Assembly: GCA_041488355.1 (NCBI GenBank)
Contig: JBGPPC010000001.1
Span: 1,758-65,757, forward strand
From: Gammaproteobacteria bacterium
GTDB taxonomy: Bacteria; Pseudomonadota; Gammaproteobacteria; Burkholderiales; SHXO01
Length of the DNA: 64,000 bases
Reading direction: 5' to 3'
Each line of letters opens with the position of its first letter. Position 1 is the stretch's first letter. The notes under the pieces are model-generated. The model did not search any database. It was not told the DNA's origin and was given only the letters and a program-made list of their open reading frames with translations. The translations under genes and the position numbers were made by a program. Shown here in pieces: positions 59,610-64,000 of the stretch.

Positions 59610-61121
59610 ATGTTTCGCACCCTCTACAGCCGGCTCGCCGCCGTACTCCTGGCGTTGTTCGCCCTCGTCGGCGTGATCTCTGTCGTCGTGACGCTGCACT
59701 TCTTCGAGCTGTATAACGAGGAGTCCAACCAGCGGCTGAACCAACCTCTGGCGCGCCACCTGGCCGACCAGACGCTGCTGTTCAGCCTCGCCGACGCCAA
59801 TCCGGAGCGGCTGCGCGGCATGTTCGACATGCAGATGATCGTCAACCCCTCGATCCAGATTTACCTGCTGGACGCAGGCGGGCGCATCGTGGCCTATTCG
59901 GCTTCCCCCGGCGAGGTGAAGCAAGAGCGCGTCGATCTCGCGCCTGTGATCGCATTCCTAGACCACAGCGCGAACTTTCCGGTCCGCGGCGACGATCCGC
60001 GCCATCCCGGGCAGCGCCGCATCTTCTCGGCCGCGCGCATAGGCTCAGGCGACGCTGCGCAAGGCTACTTGTACGTGCTCTTGGGCGCTGGGCGTCCGGC
60101 CGGGCTCGCGGCGCTCGTACGCCAGAGCGACATCATCCCGGTGGCAGCGGGGGTTGCAGGCGTGAGCGTGATCCTGGCGCTGCTGGCGGGGTTGGGGATC
60201 TTCGCGCTGATGACACGCAAGCTCGAGAGGTTGGCAGCGTCGATGGCGGATTTCCAGCACGGGGACTTCAGCCGGCGGCCGGAAGCGCTACCGGCAGCTA
60301 ACGACCCCGGCGGGGACGAGATCGACAGGCTGGCGTTCACTTTCCGCGAAATGGCCTCTCGCATGAGCGCACAGCTCGAGAGGCTGCGCCAGAACGATGA
60401 ACTGCGGCGCGAGTTGGTGGCCAACGTCTCCCACGACCTCAAGACCCCGATCGCCACCTTGCAGGGCTACGTGGACACGTTGCTGCTGAAGGACGGCGCG
60501 CTCACCGCCGAGGAGCGGCGCGGCTATCTCGGGATCGCCTCGCGCAGCTGCGAGCGCCTGGGGAGACTGGTGGGCGATCTGATCGAGCTGGCCAAGCTGG
60601 ATGCCAACGAGATCACGCTGCAGCCCGAGCCGTTTTCCGCGGGCGAACTGCTGCAGGACGTCGCGCAAAAGTTCCAGCTCCAGGCCGAGCAGAAGCAGGT
60701 ACGGCTCAACTTCGACTTCCCCGAGCGGCTACCCTATGTGTCGGGCGACATCGGCTTAATCGAGCGCGTCCTGGAAAATCTAATCGGCAACGCCCTGACC
60801 CATACGCCTGCGCACGGCGAAGTGCGCCTGGGCGTGACTGTGGACGGGGAGGAGGCGAGCCTCCACGTTGCGGATACCGGCCGCGGCATCGCCCAGGAGG
60901 ACCTGAGCCGCGTGTTCGAACGGTTCTTCCGCGTGAGCAACGCCGACTGGGACAAGGGCGCGCACGCCGGGCTCGGCCTGGCCATCACGAAGAGCATTCT
61001 GGATCTGCACGGCAGCCGTCTGACGGTGGAAAGCCAGCTCGGCTCTGGCACGGTGTTCCGCTTCACGCTGCCGCTCGCGCGGCTCCAGCCCGCCAATCCG
61101 CGTGTGGTAGCTGCCGGATGA
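59610..61121 (+). CDS. Sensor histidine kinase (two TM segments, periplasmic loop, HAMP, HisKA, HATPase_c)
   Basis: H-box VSHDLKTPIATLQGY, N-box ENLIGNALTHTP, and G-boxes DTGRGI and GLGLAI. Confidence 0.9.
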   Translation: MFRTLYSRLAAVLLALFALVGVISVVVTLHFFELYNEESNQRLNQPLARHLADQTLLFSLADANPERLRGMFDMQMIVNPSIQIYLLDAGGRIVAYSASPGEVKQERVDLAPVIAFLDHSANFPVRGDDPRHPGQRRIFSAARIGSGDAAQGYLYVLLGAGRPAGLAALVRQSDIIPVAAGVAGVSVILALLAGLGIFALMTRKLERLAASMADFQHGDFSRRPEALPAANDPGGDEIDRLAFTFREMASRMSAQLERLRQNDELRRELVANVSHDLKTPIATLQGYVDTLLLKDGALTAEERRGYLGIASRSCERLGRLVGDLIELAKLDANEITLQPEPFSAGELLQDVAQKFQLQAEQKQVRLNFDFPERLPYVSGDIGLIERVLENLIGNALTHTPAHGEVRLGVTVDGEEASLHVADTGRGIAQEDLSRVFERFFRVSNADWDKGAHAGLGLAITKSILDLHGSRLTVESQLGSGTVFRFTLPLARLQPANPRVVAAG

Positions 61122-62287
61122 TCGCAGGCGCCTGGCTACCCGTCGGTCTGTTGGTGCTGCTCGGGGTGGGTGCAGTCTGGCTCGGGCTGTCCGAGCTGCG
61201 GTCGAGGCGGCGTCTGAGGCGTCTGGTTGAGCAGGCTTCACAGCTCGCCGGTGAGGCGCACATGCTGCCTGACGCCATTAGCAACCCCCTGGCTGCCTTG
61301 CGCACGCTGCCGCCTCGACTGCTGGATCAACTCGAGCAGGAGAAAGCATGGCTGCGCGACGCGGTCCGCGACCGGGCGCGCGCCGAGGAGAGTCTGCGGG
61401 AAAGCGAGGAACGGTACAGCCTGGCGGTCAGCGGCGCCAACGACGGGATGTGGGAGTGGAACCTGAACACCGGTGCCGCTCAGTTCTCGCCGCGCTGGAA
61501 GAGCATGCTCGGATACGACGACGCCGAGATCGGAGCGCGCATCGACGAATGGCACAGTCGCATCCACCCTGACGACCGCGAGCGGGCGCTGTCCGAGCTG
61601 CAGCTGCACGTGGATGGCCGCACGCCGCGTTTCGAGTACGAGCATCGGTTGCGTCACAAGGACGGGAGTTGGCGTTGGGTACTGGCGCGTGCGGCGGCGG
61701 TGCGCCATGCAAGCGGCCGGGCCTATCGGCTGGTGGGGCTGAACTCCGACATCTCGGCGCGCAAGCAAGCGCAGCAGGTGCTGCTCGAGCTGGCCGACGG
61801 CATGGATGGCCTGCGCAGCGACGATGCGTTCGGGTTGCTGGTGCAGAAGTTCGCGACTGTCCTCAACACGCGCGAAGCGTTCCTGTGTGAGTGCTGCAAC
61901 TATCCCGCCACGCGCGTGCGCATGCTGGCCTACTGGTATGCGGGCCAGTTCGCACCGTGCGAGGAGTTCGACCTGGCGGGTACGCCGTGCCAGGAAGTGA
62001 TCGAGCACGCCCGACCGCTGTTCGTCCCGCGGGGTGTGAGCGAGCGTTGGCCGCGAGAACGAGAGTGGGGCACGGAAAGCTATCTCGGTCTGCCCTGCAT
62101 CGATACCAAGGGCGCTGTAATCGGCCACATCGCCTGTATGGATGGAGGCGAGTTGCGACGCGAACTGCCTCACGACGCCATCCTCAAGCTGTTCGCCGTG
62201 CGCGCCAGCGTCGAAATGGAGCGGCGGCTGCTGGAGCGGCTGGATCCCGGTGCAGGGCTCGGGGCTCCTGCGTCCACGCTGCATTGA
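61118..62287 (+). CDS. Membrane-anchored PAS/GAF-like protein without an output domain (paralog 1)
   Basis: N-terminal TM segment, coiled coil, then PAS (ERYSLAVSGANDGMWEWNL..FSPRWKSMLGY..HPDD..HRLRHKDGSWRWV) and a Cys-rich GAF-like domain. ATGA overlap with the kinase stop. Confidence 0.8.
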   Translation: MIAGAWLPVGLLVLLGVGAVWLGLSELRSRRRLRRLVEQASQLAGEAHMLPDAISNPLAALRTLPPRLLDQLEQEKAWLRDAVRDRARAEESLRESEERYSLAVSGANDGMWEWNLNTGAAQFSPRWKSMLGYDDAEIGARIDEWHSRIHPDDRERALSELQLHVDGRTPRFEYEHRLRHKDGSWRWVLARAAAVRHASGRAYRLVGLNSDISARKQAQQVLLELADGMDGLRSDDAFGLLVQKFATVLNTREAFLCECCNYPATRVRMLAYWYAGQFAPCEEFDLAGTPCQEVIEHARPLFVPRGVSERWPREREWGTESYLGLPCIDTKGAVIGHIACMDGGELRRELPHDAILKLFAVRASVEMERRLLERLDPGAGLGAPASTLH

Positions 62288-62393
62288 CATGGAGCCGTAA
62301 GTTCTAGCGCCGTCACGCGACCAAATCGCGCGAGCGGTACGCACGCGCCGTGTTCCCGCATCCGGACAACAGGACGACAAGAGGAGTCAGCCC

Positions 62394-63662
62394 ATGGGCC
62401 GCAGTACGCCGGTGAGGATCAGCCTGGGCTTGGCGTTGGCAATAGGGCCGGCGCTGGCTTTCGCCTGGACGGCTCCCGAAATGCCGGGTGGGGCGGTCGC
62501 TTGGATCGTGGTGACGTTGTTTGCTTTGCTCTGTTTGCTGCTTCTGGCGCGGCGGCGGAGGCTGAACTGCGAGGCCAGCGGCATCGCCCGCCGCTTCAGC
62601 GACCAGACCGACGGGAGCCGAGGGTCGGAGCGTGCCGCGCTTTCTCCGATAGACGCCATTCACACCGAGATAGATCGGCTGAGTTGTTCGCTGGAGGCGT
62701 TGCGCAGGACGCGCCAGGATGAGCTCGACCAGCGGCGCGCGGCCGAGATTAGCCTGCGCCAGCTCGAAGAGCGTTACGGCCTCGCGCTTCGGGGTGCGGA
62801 CGACGCGCTCTGGGAATGGGACCTGCGCAGCGACCAGGCCCGCTTCTCGCCGCGCTGGAAGTCGCTGCTGGGTTACGCCCAAGAGGAGCTGGCCGAGGGC
62901 ATCGACGCGTGGTGGGACCGGGTCCACCCCGACGACCACGAAGGCGTGATGGTGGCAGTACGGGAGCATCTTGAGGGGCGCACTGCGCGCCTGGAAACCG
63001 AGCACCGATTGCGGCATCGGGATGGCGGCTGGCGCTGGGTGAAAGCGCGCGGAAGGCTGGTCGCAGACCGCGCGGGTATTCCGGTGAAGATCGTAGGATT
63101 GGTGTCCGATATCACGCCCCGCAAGCGCATGCAGGAGGCGGTGGTAGAGTTGGCCGAAGGCCTCTCTGCTCTGAGCGGGGATGAGTGCCTGCGCAAGCTC
63201 GTGCGCAGCTTCGCTTCGGTTCTGGGCGTGCGCGAGGCCTTCGTGTGCGAGTGCACCGATCAGCCGACCACGCGTGTGCGCATGCTGGCGCGTTGGAACG
63301 CGGGAGAATATGCGCGCTGCGTAGAGTTCGACCTCGCGGGCACTGCTTGTGAAGACGTGATCCGTGACGGGCGCACTGTGTTTGCGCCGCATGACGCAGG
63401 CGAGCGCTGGGCGTTGGAAAAGCAGTACCAGCGCTTAAGCTATCTCGGCATTCCATGCCTCGACTCCGCCGGTCGCGTGATCGGACACATCGCCTGTGCC
63501 GACGACAAGCCGATGCGGGAGGAACTGCCGCACCAGGCCATTCTCAAAATCTTTGCCATGCGCGCCGCCATCGAGTTGGAGCGCTCGGCTCTTGAGCGCA
63601 TGCGGCCTGCTGGCGCGCTGCCCCTGATTGCTGCTCTCGCCGGGCGGCGCGACTCGGCCTAG
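62394..63662 (+). CDS. Membrane-anchored PAS/GAF-like protein without an output domain (paralog 2)
   Basis: Same architecture as 61118-62287 and collinear with it (ERYGLALRGADDALWEWDL..FSPRWKSLLGY..HRLRHRDGGWRWV; FVCEC, GTACED, GIPCLD, GHIAC). Confidence 0.8.
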   Translation: MGRSTPVRISLGLALAIGPALAFAWTAPEMPGGAVAWIVVTLFALLCLLLLARRRRLNCEASGIARRFSDQTDGSRGSERAALSPIDAIHTEIDRLSCSLEALRRTRQDELDQRRAAEISLRQLEERYGLALRGADDALWEWDLRSDQARFSPRWKSLLGYAQEELAEGIDAWWDRVHPDDHEGVMVAVREHLEGRTARLETEHRLRHRDGGWRWVKARGRLVADRAGIPVKIVGLVSDITPRKRMQEAVVELAEGLSALSGDECLRKLVRSFASVLGVREAFVCECTDQPTTRVRMLARWNAGEYARCVEFDLAGTACEDVIRDGRTVFAPHDAGERWALEKQYQRLSYLGIPCLDSAGRVIGHIACADDKPMREELPHQAILKIFAMRAAIELERSALERMRPAGALPLIAALAGRRDSA

Positions 63663-63699
63663 CGGGCATCCCTTTCGCTGGAAGCTTCGCGACGCGCAC

Positions 63700-63903
63700 T
63701 CAACGTTGTGGTGGGTCGCGGTCCTCGTCCCGCAACAGCGGATGGCGGCGGATGGCGCGCCGCATGAAGCCGATCTGACTCTCGAAGTTGCGGCAGCCCT
63801 CGCAGACGCGCAGGTGCACGTGCATCCGCCAGCGCTCGAACCAACCGAGTCGGCGGTCCTGGGCGTGTGAGACGAGCTCGGATACTTGTTTGCAAGTCAG
63901 CAA
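63700..63903 (-). CDS. zf-HC2 (ZAS-type) anti-sigma factor, short soluble form
   Basis: 67 aa. LTCKQVSELVSHAQDRRL...HLRVCEGCRNF carries the H-x3-C-x2-C zinc motif. The upstream (rightward) partner gene runs off the window. Confidence 0.7.
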   Translation of the reverse strand: MLTCKQVSELVSHAQDRRLGWFERWRMHVHLRVCEGCRNFESQIGFMRRAIRRHPLLRDEDRDPPQR

Positions 63904-64000
63904 CGCCAGGTGCTCCTCATCGTTCTTGCTCGAGGTCAGTCGCGAACATGGCAGCAGGTCAGCGGGCGCTGAACCAGCGCAATTCCAAGCACTGCCGCAG

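Noticed and set aside
63936-64000. Possible 3' end of an ECF sigma-factor gene upstream of the anti-sigma gene (one frame reads ..AAVLGIAL..).
   Set aside because: Only ~20 codons are in the window and the similarity to region 4 of sigma-70 fades after eight residues. This is too little to call.

Overview
GC-rich, gene-dense bacterial chromosomal segment with proteobacterial-style genes; the taxon cannot be fixed from sequence alone. I found no rRNA, no intact tRNA and no CRISPR array. Layout from left to right follows. (1) 1-8.8 kb: a minus-strand seven-gene operon (oxidoreductase, CoA-transferase, crotonase, sugar ABC importer) facing a divergent LacI regulator, with a perfect palindromic operator between them. 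(2) 9.4-10.6 kb: a HemD-like gene followed by a scar of gene remnants. (3) 10.8-18.2 kb: an IclR regulator, a deacetylase, a ribose-type ABC transporter and a cyclase. (4) 18.6-29.9 kb: a decaying integrative island. It starts at an orphan tRNA-Glu 3' half fused to a frameshifted large serine recombinase. It carries a visibly lower-GC cargo of uncharacterised genes: an IS4-disrupted Zn-ribbon gene, a trypsin-like protease, a J-domain fusion, a secreted GPGGxY repeat protein, a PD-(D/E)xK-like protein and a SLOG/TIR-like fusion. (5) 29.9-35.9 kb: redox/stress genes plus a nest of small secreted Cys-peptide genes. (6) 35.9-43.3 kb: a 2014-aa pseudokinase/STAND/GAF/PAS/histidine-kinase/receiver protein, translationally coupled to an orphan LivK-type binding protein. 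(7) 44.3-47.2 kb: a DUF692 (MNIO), DUF2063, DUF2282, DoxX locus, i.e. a bufferin-type RiPP system with rearranged gene order. (8) 47.2-58.7 kb: SDR, VOC, GMC, two glucoside hydrolases, an aquaporin and a DoxX-DoxX-NDH-2 fusion. (9) 58.8-64 kb: an OmpR/HK pair, two tandem Cys-rich PAS-GAF paralogs and a ZAS-type anti-sigma factor. Two unclassified repeat families sit in intergenic regions: GC-rich palindromes and phased CACGAAT heptamer inverted-repeat elements. The strongest candidates for a distinct system are the MNIO/bufferin locus with its dispersed precursor genes, and the low-GC island cargo.
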